Of a stretch of 64,000 bases of DNA, positions 24,880-37,738 are shown in pieces. The DNA comes from Mytilus trossulus (Eukaryota): assembly GCF_036588685.1 (NCBI RefSeq), contig NC_086373.1, forward strand, positions 76,260,001 through 76,324,000, in the 5' to 3' direction. Made by a program: the position numbers and the translations under genes. The notes below the pieces were generated by a model. It was given only the letters and a program-made list of their open reading frames with translations. It ran no database searches and was not told the DNA's origin. Every line of letters starts with the position of its first letter. Positions within the stretch are counted from its first letter, which is position 1.

Positions 24880-25807
24880 TTGACAGCACACAGTTTAGAA
24901 ACATTATTTATGAATTCTGTAATGAGATAACTTCATATCTTGTTGTTTTTTGTCCATATTAGGGATGTTGTTTCTTAAAAATACCTTACTTTTAAAGGAG
25001 TAAAAACAAATCTTGGTATTCTGTGAATTCACTTTTCTTTGTATTATAAGCATTCAGGTGTCTTTTTTGCACCCAAAGTAATTTTAACTCATTACTACAC
25101 AGAGTTAAGATAGATGATTGGATAAATTCATGATAAATCGCAGGTTCATTCATTGTTACTTTTGATAAAGTTCAACAAGGAGGTTATGTTTCAAAAGTGA
25201 AAAAACATTTTCTGCATTGTTTTTGGAATAGATGTATGATATTACAGCTTTTCTAGAAAAATTATTGTTATTGTTGCAGAGTAAAAAAAAATCAAGGATT
25301 ATAGAACTTAACATTGAAATAAGCTTGTTTACAAGATCAGAAAGTTTAAACAGTTACACTGTTGAATGAGATCTTGTTGAACAGTTAATATGGTTATATC
25401 AGTATTATTCTCAATATTTTTTGCTTCACCCATTTCATGCAGACAGAAGGAAAATGTGTATCAATTATAACATAATGAAAGTATCTATGAACAAAATAAC
25501 ATGTATATATGTATCTTGGCCTGTGATAGTTATATGTAATAACCAACTCATTACAGTTATATCAGCCATTTATGAATCTATTGAAACTACATAATTATGG
25601 ATATAGATGATACCATGATACATTGTTTAGTAATTTATTCATTACTGTAAATTTAACAAATGTCATCCTTTTCTTTAAGATTTGTGTAATGTATATTGAC
25701 GTTAAGTCTTTCAGTATTTATAAAGTTAAAGTTTTTTTCTTTTTTTTATTTAATAAATAGCTTCATGTAACAATGTCAGACTTGTACTACATTATATGCA
25801 TAACGTG

Positions 25808-27571
25808 ACGGTACCCAAATTGCACCTTTTTTGACAGTTTTTTCACCTACGTTTTTTTATGATCAAGAAAAAAATTTCCATACTGTGTTTATTGTGTAGC
25901 CCTATCCTTCTTTAATGTATAGGTACACCAATTTGTTTTTAGCTCACCTGGCCCGAAGGGCCAAGTGAGCTTTTCTCATCACTTGGCGTCCGGCGTCCGG
26001 CGTCGTCCGTCGTCGTCGTCGTCGTCCGTCGTCGTCCTGCGTCCGGCGTTAACTTTTACAAAAATCTTCTCCTCTGAAACTACTTGGCCAAATTTAACCA
26101 AACTTGGCCACAATCATCATTGGGGTATCTAGTTTAAAAATTGTGTCCGGTGACCCCGCCAACTAACCAAGATGGCCGCCATGGCTATAAATAGAACATA
26201 GGGGTAAAATGCAGTTTTTGGCTTATAACTCAAAAACCAAAGCATTTAGGGCAAATCTGACATGGGGTAATATTGTTAATCAGGTTAAGATCTATCTGCC
26301 CTGAAATTTTCAGATGAATCTGACATTCCGTTGTTAGGTTGCTGCCCCTGAATTGGTAATTTTAAGGAAATTTTGTTGTTTTTGGTTATTATCTTGAATA
26401 TTATTTTAGATAGAGATAAACTGTAAAAAGCAATAATGTTCAGCAAAGTAAGATCTACAAAAAAGTCAACATGACCAAAATGATCAGTTGACCACTTTAG
26501 GAGTTATTGCCCTTTATAGTCAATTTTTAACCATTTTTCGTAAATCTTAGTAATCTTTTAGAAAAATCTTCTCCCCTGAAACTGCTGGGCCAAATTATTT
26601 GAAACTTGGCCACAATCATCATTGGGGTATCTAGTTTAAAAATTGTGTCCAGTGACCTGGCCATCAAACCAAGATGGCCGCCACGGCTAAAAATAGAACA
26701 TAGGGGTAAAATGCAGTTTTTGGCTTATAACTCAAAAACCAAATAATTTAGAGAAAATCTGACATGAAGTAAAATTGTTAATCAGGTCAAGATCTATCTG
26801 CCCTGAAATTTTCAGATGAATTGGACAACCTGTTTTGGGGTTGCGGCCCCTGAATTGGTAATTTTAAGGAAATTTTGCTGTTTTTGGTAATTATATTGAA
26901 TATTATTATAGATATAGGTAAACTGTAAAAAGCAATAATGTTCAGCAAAGTAAGATCTACAAATAAGTCAACATGAACGAAATGGTCAATTGACCCCTGT
27001 AGGAGTTATTGACCTTTGTAGTCAATTTTCAATCTGCTTCCTTTGTTTAATATTCACATAGACCAAGGTGAGCGACACAGGCTCTTTAGAGCCTCTAGTT
27101 TAATCCATATTGAGTCCCAAAAAATGGGTTTGAATCAACCTCCAAACTATCCATCATTCTGTAATGAGGAGTACCTGAATTGCGTCCATGCTTAAATTCA
27201 CATCTTCAAAAGTCTAATAACAGAGCTTCTGTTTAATTTCTTCAAATATTTTGAACAATTGGATATAAGTCCATGCTTACTCTTCATATTTTACGAAATG
27301 GATACTTATAATATATTGTATTTGCTAATTTTAAAAAGATGACGTTTTGATGACGTTGCATGGTGACGTTTTCGTACATTTTGCTTTTTCAGTTAACAGT
27401 CCATCTGTTGATAAATACTGTGAACGTTTTGTGTATATCTAAATATGTTTACCTATGTTGAAAGACGCCCATAGTTTCAAATCATAAAAATTCAAATTGT
27501 TTAGTCTCTAGGAAATCTTGTAAGATTTCTGTTGCTATTTTTTCTAAATAGGTGCAATTTGGGTACTCCGT
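25808..27571. mobile_element. TIR DNA element hosting HINE copy 2
   Basis: Inverted repeat GTACCCAAATTGCACCT (~25812) / AGGTGCAATTTGGGTAC (~27550); exact termini and TSD unclear. Confidence 0.6.
25939..27100 (+). mobile_element. HINE-like element family A, copy 2
   Basis: Same termini as copy 1, (CGT)n microsatellite and two ~500-bp units; nested inside a TIR element. Confidence 0.85.
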
Positions 27572-29425
27572 GCAATTTATACTTAAACTCTTCATGTATG
27601 AAAATATCTACTGCTGAAAAAACATAGGGGATTAAATCTCTGTAAAAATTGGTGCAAATAAATATTTATTCTAGCTTGGGTATATCTTTCCTTATATTTT
27701 TTTTTATCTCTTGAACATTGATCTGATTGATCTTTAGAAGTCTAAGTGACTTTTATGCCACATCTCTTTTTATTCATTTTGAGGTGATAACATTTTCTTG
27801 TTCATAACATACTTTAAAGAGAAACTGTGATATTTTGTTTTAACATGATGATTTATATATTGTGTAGTTATCCTCACTTTGACAGATACAGAGTAAATGT
27901 GAACTTTTGTTTGCAATACCCCTGCATTATTCCTATCAAAATCAATGCACTCCAAGAAATGTCCAGACAGGAAGTCGAAATTGATTAAATTGTTTTTAAA
28001 TGTTATTAAAGATGTTTTATTGTACAGATAAATGTAAGCAAATTAATTACATTTAAAGAGTACTGTACGAAACTAGTTTTGACATTTCTGTCAGATAGTT
28101 ATTACAAGAAAATATTACCACACAGTTAAGAATCATCTCTTTTTATTATGTTTTAAGACTATTATTTGTGTATTTTGTTGGATGGATTTTAAATATGTTC
28201 AATAAAGTAAAAGAACAAAATACTTTTGAAGGTTTTTTTTAACTTTAATTGAATAATGTACTTATAAAAAAGAAGATTTGGTATGATTGCAAATGAGACA
28301 ACTCTCAACAAGGGACCAAATATCACATAGATTAACATCATTAGGTAAACCTATCTTTTGAAACAATGAGCAAATCCCATACCACATAGTCAGCCATAAA
28401 AGGCCCCAAAATGACAAATTTTATACAATTCAAACATAAAAAATATAATTGCATAATTTATGTACAAAATAATGAATGAAAAACAAATATGTAGCACAGC
28501 AACAAACCACACCCACTGAATTACAGGCTCCTGACTTGGGACTGTTTATAATAGAACAATATTGTATGTGTTCAATGAACCAGAACCAAGCAAATATTTC
28601 AATCAATTAAAGTGTCTAATTGCAACCAAACTTTGAATAACAAATGAAAATTATTATAAATACCGGTAACTACCAATCTTCATGAAATTTATCCAATATG
28701 GGACAAATTGGAGTCCTCAATTCCTTACTGAATATCAAAGATTTCAGGCACCACTGAGAATCAGTTACTTGTATGCAACAACATCCAGTACTTGTACCTT
28801 GATTACAAAGTCAAAGGTCAAGGTCTCTCAAAACCTTTATCCTATTCAAACGCAAGGTCAAATATCAAGGTCACAAGCCTATTATGGAAAACATAAATTA
28901 AAATTTGGGGATAGTGAACAAACATTCAGGTTTGCAGTAATCAAGAGATAGAACAAATACAGCAGTAAAATAATTTGGAAAACACAGCTGTTTTTATTCT
29001 ATGGGAATTTGAGGAGTAACGTATCTTGTTCTAAATTGTTGATGTTGTATGCACAGCAATTGAAACACTTAACTGTTTGAAGAAGGTAAGGTAATGGAAC
29101 CAAAATAGAATGTTTGGTTCAGATTTGCAGTAATGATGAATGTTTTAAATGAATATCTACTGGTACTTTTCTTTTAAAAAAACACAAGAGAACTCTTTTT
29201 GTCAGGAAACACCGTCAAACATCCAAACATACTATCCACATTGATCTGTGTCCACACTTGTACTTTTCTTTTAAAAAAAAATGCTACATATCTTCTTTAT
29301 TGAAAAAAAAACAACAAACAAATCATATAAAACAATCTTTAATATTTTTTAACATTGCACTCTATATATTATATAACAAAATTTTGGCAAGCAAACACCA
29401 TAGTGCAAATAAACTTATCTGAGGC

Positions 29426-32400
29426 TCAGACAGGACCAGTGACCCCATTAGAGTCTCCTCCTGTTATTTTTCTTATCTCACTGAAGGCCAGAACGGCTGA
29501 CACAGTTGTCATGACAACAGAGATCAGTGCTAAACCAAAGGACCATGACATAGATGAACTATGTTGAGAGAAGTTCATTCTGATTACATCGATAATACTA
29601 TCTTTGACCTTGATGGCATACACTATCATTGTCATCATCTGTAAACAGGCTGAAATGTAAAGGTTGTAGGGTTATATGTTAGATGATTATAAAATAATGG
29701 GGAAGTGGAAAAGGAAACAGGTGAAGTTTAACTATAGCTCTTCACGTTTCCATGTATTTGTTTCACTGGCTCTCAAATGGTTGAATTTGAGCATTGATAT
29801 CCGATGAATGTAAGTCCAGAAAAAAAACGTTTTAGGCGCACACAATTGAGTCAATGTTGTTTGCATAATTATTAAAAAAGAATCCAAGTACTGTAAAACG
29901 GTTAAGGGAGGGTTCTGTATGTATGTGCCTGTCCCAAGTCAGGAGCCTGCAATTCAGTGGTTGTCGTTTGTTTATAAGTGTTGCATATTTGTTTTTGTTC
30001 AATTTTTACATAAACTAGACCGTTAGTTTTCTCATTTGGATTGTTTTACATTGTCATTTCGGGGCCTTTTATAATTGACTATGTGATATGGGCTTTGTTC
30101 ATTGTTGAAGGTCGTACGGTGACCTATAATTGTTTGAAATTTCTGTTATATTTTGATCTCTTGTTGGGAGTTGTCTCATTGGCAATCATACCATATCTTT
30201 CTTTTTTCATAGTATGTCATTTTTAGCTCACCTGACCAAAGGGCTAAGTGAGCTTTTTTCATCACTTGGCGTCCGTCGTCGTCTGTCGTCATTCGTCGTC
30301 GTTAACTTTTACAAACATTTTCTCCTCTGAAACTACTGGACCAAAGCTAACCAAAACTTGGCCACAATCATTATTGAGGTATCTAGTTTAAAAAAAAATG
30401 CGTCCGATGACCCGGCCAACCAACCAAGATGGTCGCCATGATTAAAAATAGAACATAGGGGTAAAATAGAGATTTTGGCTTATAATTTTAAAACCAAAGC
30501 ATAAAGAGCATAATTGACATGGGATAAAATTGTTAATCAAGTCAAGATCTATCTGCCCTGAGATTTTCAGATGAATCGGACAACCGGTTGTTAGGTTGCT
30601 GCCCTGAACTGGTAATTTTAAGAAAATTTTGCCGTTTTTGGTTATTATCTTGAATATTATTATAGATAGAGATAAACTATAAACAACAATAATGTTCAGC
30701 AAAGTAAGATCTACAAATAAGCTAACATGACCAAAATGGTCAGTTGACCGCTCAATGAGTAATTGCCCTTTATAGTCATTTTTTACCAATTTTTCGTAAA
30801 TTTTTGTAATCTTGTACAAAAAATCTTCTTTTCTGAAACTACTGGGCCAAATTTAACCAAACTTAGCCACTACCATTATTAGGGTATGTAGTTTTAAAAA
30901 TGTGTGCGATGACCCAGCCAACCAACCAAGATGGGGCAGCCATGGCTAAAAATAGAACATATGGATAAAATGTAGATTTTGGCTTATAACTCTGAAACCA
31001 AAGCATTTAGAGTAAATCTCACAAGGGCTTAAGTTGTTTTCAAGTCAATATCTATCTGCCCTGTAATTTTCATATGAATTGGAATTGGGATTTTGCGTTG
31101 CTGCGCCCCAATTGGTATTTTTAAAGAAATTTTGTCGTTTTGGATTATTTTCTTGAGTTGTTAATTTTATCAAAATATTATCCTCTGTAACTAAAGGGCC
31201 AAGTGTATTATAGATAGAGAAAATTGTAAGTAGCAAGAATGTTCAGTAAAGTAAGATCTACAAACACATCACCATCACCAAAACACAATGTTGCCATGAA
31301 TCCATCTGTGTCCTTTGTATAATATACATACAGACCAAGGTGAGCGACACAGGCTCTTTATAAGAGCCTCTTGTTTTTGCTGTCAATGATGTCTCCTTTG
31401 AGCATAATTATTTCCTGTTGACAAAACTTTAAATTTTTCAAAAAACTAAGGATTTTCTTATCGCAAGAATAGATTACCTTCGCCGCATTTGGCACAACTT
31501 CTTGGAATTATTGAGTACTTAATGCTCTTTAACTTTGAACTTGTTTTGCTTTATAACTATTTTGATCTGAGCACCACTGATTTGTCTAGTGTCGAAGAAA
31601 CGCGCGTCTGACGTATTAAATTATAATCCTGATACCTTTGGTAACTATGTCACATCTTAAATTTATCGTGTTTAAATTTATTGATTTAGAAAGACTTCTT
31701 AGACTACAATATTCAGCTTTTTTAATATATACTTCAAAGTGTTTGTTGCCAGAAAACAGTGTATGTAAAGTGCGGATCCTAAAATATCATTTTCACTGTA
31801 TATGCCAGAAATTTCTAATGTAGAATGATAAATAAACAGACGACTTTTTTTTTTATTTTTGAAGAAAATGATAAGTTAAAATGTACATGCTAAGAAACAC
31901 ATAATACTAATAAAACAAAGAAAAGATCAAATCAGCTCTATCAAAACAGATGTTACTATACTTATAAAACTAAGAAGATGTGCTAATGATACAACAATCA
32001 AAGTGATGAAGATATCATAAGCCTTATGTAGAGTCGCATTAAAGCTAGAAACTCTGCACTTCATGCAAACATAATATCTGTCTTTCCACGTTCTATAAAT
32101 ATATAACATTGAATTACATACCTATACTCAAACACAACAAACATAACGACAATGTAAGAGAGAACATTGTAGACGACGAGGTCGGACATTTTATAAAGAT
32201 GATCAGAAATACTACAGTCAGAACATATCCAAAAATACACATCACCGAAAATGCTTGAACAGCCACTGCAAAATCTGGAGAGAGAGAAAAAAAACAAATA
32301 TTATCATTGCCTTTCGTTCATTAGGTTGTAAATACTATGTAAATGCCCGCTTTTCTCTTGCAATCTTAGAATTTAAGCAATAAGTTGCTTAAAATGTTTA

Positions 32401-33486
32401 AGATATATATGTTTTTGATAACGTCTCTGTGAGCTTCAATTAAAGCACAAAAACACAGGTTGTGATTGGGTAATTGAACAAAGAAAAATTGGTAAATCCA
32501 AGATTTTCTTTGAAAATGTCGAAGTTAACTACATAACAATATTATGACATAACATTTTTGGTAGAATGCTGTGTGTGATCATTCCTGTGTGGTCGCTCTT
32601 ATAGTGCTTAATTATTGATAAGTTTGTAATGAAGCGATGTATTTTGTGTTTGCCAACTTATAATATCATATTGAGCGTTCTGAATGAATTCGAAGTTAAA
32701 TAATATTAAAAAAAACAACGCTTTAGATGCACCAAATGTATAATGTTTTATATTTCTAATTTTATGACGGTTTCTATATCGCTGTTAGTCACCGAAAATC
32801 TACCATCAACTCAAAAGTCAGTTTTTCCGTACTTACAAGAATATCTATAACATGTACAATTGCTTTAATTCTCCGTTAAAAGATTTTATAAACTAATAAA
32901 AAAAACTTCGCTTCCAACTACCTTTAGTCAATGTTGACCATAGGATGATTTTGGCAAAGTCTCGTTGTGTCTTATAGTTCATCGTTAAGTATTTCTACAT
33001 CCTTGGCTGATTTTTGTTTTTTTTGTTTTGTTTGAGTGGGTTTTTTTTGGGGGAGGAGAGAGGGGTTGAGAGTTGCTTATGTCTGATAAAGGTAAATCCA
33101 GAAAAGCGCTACAGACGCATAAAGGGTCAATCTATACTTATAATGTAATTCTCCAGTTATGTTAATATATCTGGCATACCTTATTTTCTTGATAGTTCTA
33201 TTTGCATTTCATTTTCTTATTTCTTTCTAACAGATTTTTTCATTTTATTTCTTTTCTTACCAGATTTAAAGGAATCACATTTCCAGTGGTTCGATGCGGG
33301 TTGGAAGAGACATATATTCCATATGCCCGTTTTCACTTTGGTTCCACATAAAAACCATTCATTTGTAGATACTGCTATCACAAACATTAAAGCTGATACA
33401 TAAAGAGTTAGAAATGTCTGTATTCTGCAGGAAACCTTTTCTATTAATTTTGAAAGGAAAGGACTGCATTTTAACGTCCACGGCAT
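29426..33486 (-). CDS. Claudin/PMP22/EMP/MP20-family tetraspan membrane protein (~200 aa)
   Basis: Exons 33486-33261, 32274-32122 and 29649-29426 join in frame through phase-1 GT-AG introns. Family signature STNEW...GIWNIC...C, four hydrophobic segments and SWSFGLA before TM4. The ATG at 33486 directly follows an AG acceptor; a possible upstream mini-exon (ATG ACA TCG|GTAAG, 33916-33908) would be in frame. Confidence 0.8.
29900..30210 (+). repeat. Copy of the dispersed SINE-like repeat
   Basis: GCCTGTCCCAAGTCAGGAGCCTG...TTGTCTCATTGGCAATCATACC. Confidence 0.7.
30223..31375 (+). mobile_element. HINE-like element family A, copy 3
   Basis: Same termini and internal units as copy 1; lies in an intron of the claudin-like gene. 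Confidence 0.85.
31425..31645 (+). mobile_element. Longer, decayed copy of the hammerhead-bearing repeat (retrozyme / Penelope-LTR-like)
   Basis: Shares flanks with the copies at 14640 and 56850; core decayed to CTGATTT...GAAACGCGCGTCTGACGT at 31571-31614. Confidence 0.6.
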
Positions 33487-35494
33487 CTAAATTGTAATGG
33501 AAATTACAAATTTACCAAAAACATTATAATAGTTTTATTTCAGCATAACCACAATGTATATAAACAAAAGCAGATGTGAGGTAAACATAAACGACGCAGC
33601 AACAAAATATAAACACAATTATGCAACGAAAACATTAGTTTGGAGGTAAACAACAATAAACGATTTGCTATGCCATAAATGCATGAAATGCCTTTGAACA
33701 ACTAGATCACGCTAATAAAAGTTCATTCGAGTCGCCAGAAAAATTAGTTTAGTACTCAATTTACCATTGCATGTGTAGTTTCCATTTAGTAAAATGTCGC
33801 ATAATATTTTTTTTTTAAATAGAGGAACAGAGAAGAAAGAAAGATAAACGTGCAACTTGTATATTCCTTAGGATGTGTTCCAGGCTCTGTAGAATTTGGA
33901 AACTTACCGATGTCATTGTTCTTTTCTCTTTTAAAGGGACACTCTAGCTACGAGATATATAAAAACAAATCTGAAGTATGATTTTTTTTTAGTTCAATCA
34001 TTGATGAAAGTGAAATAGTGAAATATTAATTCTCTTTTAAGGTTCAGCCAGTATGATTCAATGTTGTCAAATTAAGTTAAGAAACAATAATGATGTATAA
34101 TTCGCTTGCAAGTGAACAATTCGACCCCATTGCATCCGTATTCATGTGAACTTCAATGTAGCTCTTTAGCTAGAGCTGTATAACGCATATACACTGTGCG
34201 TGTTTGATTATTTATAGTAAAATAATGTCAACAATGAAAGTGTAAAAAGGTAAATCATTTGATTGACTGATTCAATCCACAAAAAAATGATTCTTATACA
34301 GGTAAAAACGATCATTAACATATATTTCTAATTTATAATATGAAACGAAACAGACATAGAAAAATCCAATTGCATAAGTTTAATTTCTATTTATATTAAT
34401 TATAGTTATGTCTATATTGCGGATATTTCGGAGGTCAACTCGATAATTATTACATGGCAACTAGACTCAAATACACACGAAACGAAGCTACATATTATCG
34501 AGCCAATGCACTGTAAATTGTTTATTTTAGTCTTTGTTTAAAATTTTGGTAAATGTTTTGGATGGTTATAAATAAAATAAAATAATTTGAGTCAAATCGG
34601 TAAACATGAATTTGACAGCTAGAGTCGCTAAGTTAAAGTTTTTTTTAATAATCAATTTGTTTAGCCAATCATGTAGATTTTTTCTTTTTCTTTTAAATAA
34701 AATACCTGGACAAATAGAAAGAAGAAACACACAATTGTTCCTACCTTCAAAAGAAAATTCCTTAAAATTTTATTCTAATATTGTTTCCACGAACGGAATA
34801 ACAAGTATAGCTCATAAGAGAAGCGATATATGTCAGATATACAATTATTGAATGGTATAAATATTAAAGTTTATGAGAAACAGTTTATGTTGATGTAATT
34901 TTCTGGTATACAAATAATTATTTTTCAAACAGAGATGAAATGCTGGGACTCGCCAATTAATTATTTCGTAATTTTATAATCAGATGTTATTGTGATTATA
35001 GAGAAGGAAGTCGGGCGAAATCTTATTTAAAAAGATATTAAACGCTCTAATATATATAACAGCAACACTATTCAAATAATCATTAGACTTTGATAATTAA
35101 GTTCATTCAGTAAGTAAAATAGGAATTTATTGAAAATTGATATTATAAGAATAAGAAGAAAAAGAATAAGAATATTTTATTATTCCAATCAAGGGCCCTT
35201 GATGGGCAGCATAACATGTACACATAGAACAATACATCATGATTTGTAACAGAAAAACATTTTTATATAATAAAATGAAATATTAAAAAAAGTTCAGACA
35301 GGTGTTATTATCTTCTATTATATGTAAACTTCTGATGAATGGTCATTTGACCTGTGTTCTAATGAAATGGAAACGTGATGCTGCTGTGCAAAACTTTATA
35401 TCCTTATATGATTTCCCAGCACATGTATATATGAGAACATAAGCATCACAGTCATTCTAATGTTAAATGAGAATTTCGCCTATTAACAAAATAA

Positions 35495-35775
35495 GAATTG
35501 AATTGCAAAAGCATTGCATTGACATTGGCATTGACATTGACATTTGCATTGTAGTTGTAATTGTAATGCATTGCATTGAATTGAATTATAATTGCAATCG
35601 TTATTGTATTGCAATATGTTATTGTATTGCTATTGTAATTTCGATGTCATCATTCCATTTTAATTGTATTGCTATTATAATTGTATTGCTGTTGTAGTTG
35701 TATTGCTATTGTAATTAAATTGCATTGCATTGTAATTGTTTTGCTATTGTTATTGCAATGTATTGCATCGTAACT
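35495..35775. repeat. Degenerate (ATTGC/ATTGT)n simple repeat
   Basis: Low-complexity 5-6-mer periodicity. Confidence 0.85.
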
Positions 35776-36317
35776 ATAAATTAGAGTCATTAAAAGTGAA
35801 CATTACATCATCCGTGTAATTGTAAGAAAAGAAAAAGAGCTAATTTGCTAAAAAAAAATAACAAAAGTTTTTTGTCTTGCTTTCAATCTTATAGTAGCAG
35901 TATTTTATTCCCTGAATATAATTGCATTAGAGCACACTAGCTGGGATTAAAAACCCTAAAATAGAGTGTTCTTAAATGAAAGGAAAAAAGCTTGACGCAA
36001 AATATTCACCGTTTCCGATTTCATTATTATTGTACAACATCCGTTTTTCTACTTTCACTTTCTGTTTCTGCACTGATTGAGGATAGGATTGCACTGGTTT
36101 CCGTCAGCTGAGTGGTCACTGTGTTGTGTTGTGCAGTATTTAGACAAAGAGTACTGTCCAAAGGTATATGTTACCAAATATAAATATACGATTCATCTTG
36201 TGACTAGATCTATCCAGAAACGATCTTGATGTAACAAAAGTTTTTATTCTGTGTTATTTTTTTTTAATCTAGATGGGTCTTTATTTACAAAATAATTATA
36301 AAGTCCCACCTATTTAA

Positions 36318-36973
36318 GGTTTATGTGGACCCTATGGCTAAAATGGCCGTATTTTCACCTCAGAATTTACTATGAGTACAGACAAACCTGAGCATCTGTA
36401 AAAAAATTCAGGCATAGCATGCCCTAGATAAATGAATTTTAAGTATGTTTATGTTTTAGAAAGAAAAAAAAATTACCAGCATTTTGCCGTTCACTTTTTT
36501 TCATTCCTCCAGAATCTGGAGGAATGAAAAAAAGTGAATTCTGGAGGAATGAAAAAAAGTGAACGGCAAAATGCTGGTAATTTGAGAAGATGCCAAAATA
36601 AACTAAGTTAGGAAACAGGTTTGAGAACTTCCCCACAGGTAAAAATTAAAGTGAGCATTTTTAATTGACATGGACATTAGATGGACAATAGGTACCTGAC
36701 AATAATTGGTAAATTAAACTGTGTACCTGAGTGGACCATATCAAGGTAAACTCAACTGTTTGTTAATTTTATCATCTTCTGCAGAGACGAAAAAAAGTGT
36801 ACGGCAAAATCCAGTTAATTTATGAATTTTCTAAATCATACAATGCATTTGAATTCTATTTATCTAGGGCATGCTATGCCTTAAAACTTTTCAAAATGCA
36901 CAGGTTTGTCTGTACTCAGAGAAAATTTTGAGGTGAAAATACAGCCATTTTAGCCATAGGGTCCACATGAACC
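36318..36973. mobile_element. TTAA-flanked MITE with long (~125 bp) TIRs, Kolobok-like, in the presumed first intron of NitFhit
   Basis: TTAA|GGTTTATGTGGACCCTATGGCTAAAATGGC ... GCCATTTTAGCCATAGGGTCCACATGAACC|TTAA. Confidence 0.85.
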
Positions 36974-37738
36974 TTAATTTTAAATCCATATATATTGAAT
37001 AACCCCTTGAATCATATATGTAGACAAATGGAGTTAAACCAACCTTAAAAAACACCCACGATTCTGTTCAGAGGAGTGAGTACCCTGATAAATTTGCATT
37101 CAACTCCATAAAAATCAAATAGTTGATGTTTTGTTTTATTTCTTCTAATAATTAGAACAATTCGAATCCATTACTTGTGTTTTAAATGGATACTTGCTAC
37201 ATTTTTTAATTGCTTATTTTGCAAAGTTTACCTTTATGTGGATGTTGCATAGCGACATACTGTCCCTTTTATTTTTTTGTTAGAGTAAATTGTTAATTTG
37301 TTGGTATTGTAAATGTTTTATGCATATTTAAATATAATTATTTAGCTATGCAGACATAGTAGAAAGACTTGTTAATTTATGATATTGTCAAATGATAAAA
37401 ATACAAATTGTTATTCTCTAAGAAAACATGTCAGACTTTTAATTTTTGCTGATGTCACAGATTTTGGTCATGCATCAGTGTCATTGGCATTTTTTTTAAT
37501 GATTTTCAGTTATACATAGGTCCAAGAACAAAAATTGTATGCACAATTTTACCAAAATCTATGACATAGGTCATTTTACTTGACCTCCATCTTTCACAGC
37601 TGTATCTTAAAATACTTATCATGATAAAATTATCCTCATGTAACAAATAATTCAGTTATGTTTTAAGTACTTTAATATGATAAATTTAAGATATTCTGTC
37701 TTGAGAGCACTTTATGTTTTACAGTAGATGTACCACAG

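Noticed and set aside
32061-32297. 78-aa minus-strand ORF from the ORF track
   Set aside because: Wrong frame; the true claudin-like exon 32274-32122 is read in another frame fixed by the phase-1 junction.
33931-34637. Possible TTAA-flanked element (ACTCTAGCT / AGCTAGAGT)
   Set aside because: The termini are too degraded to define with confidence.
35467-35697. Cys/Ile-rich 76-aa ORF
   Set aside because: Translation of an (ATTGY)n simple repeat.
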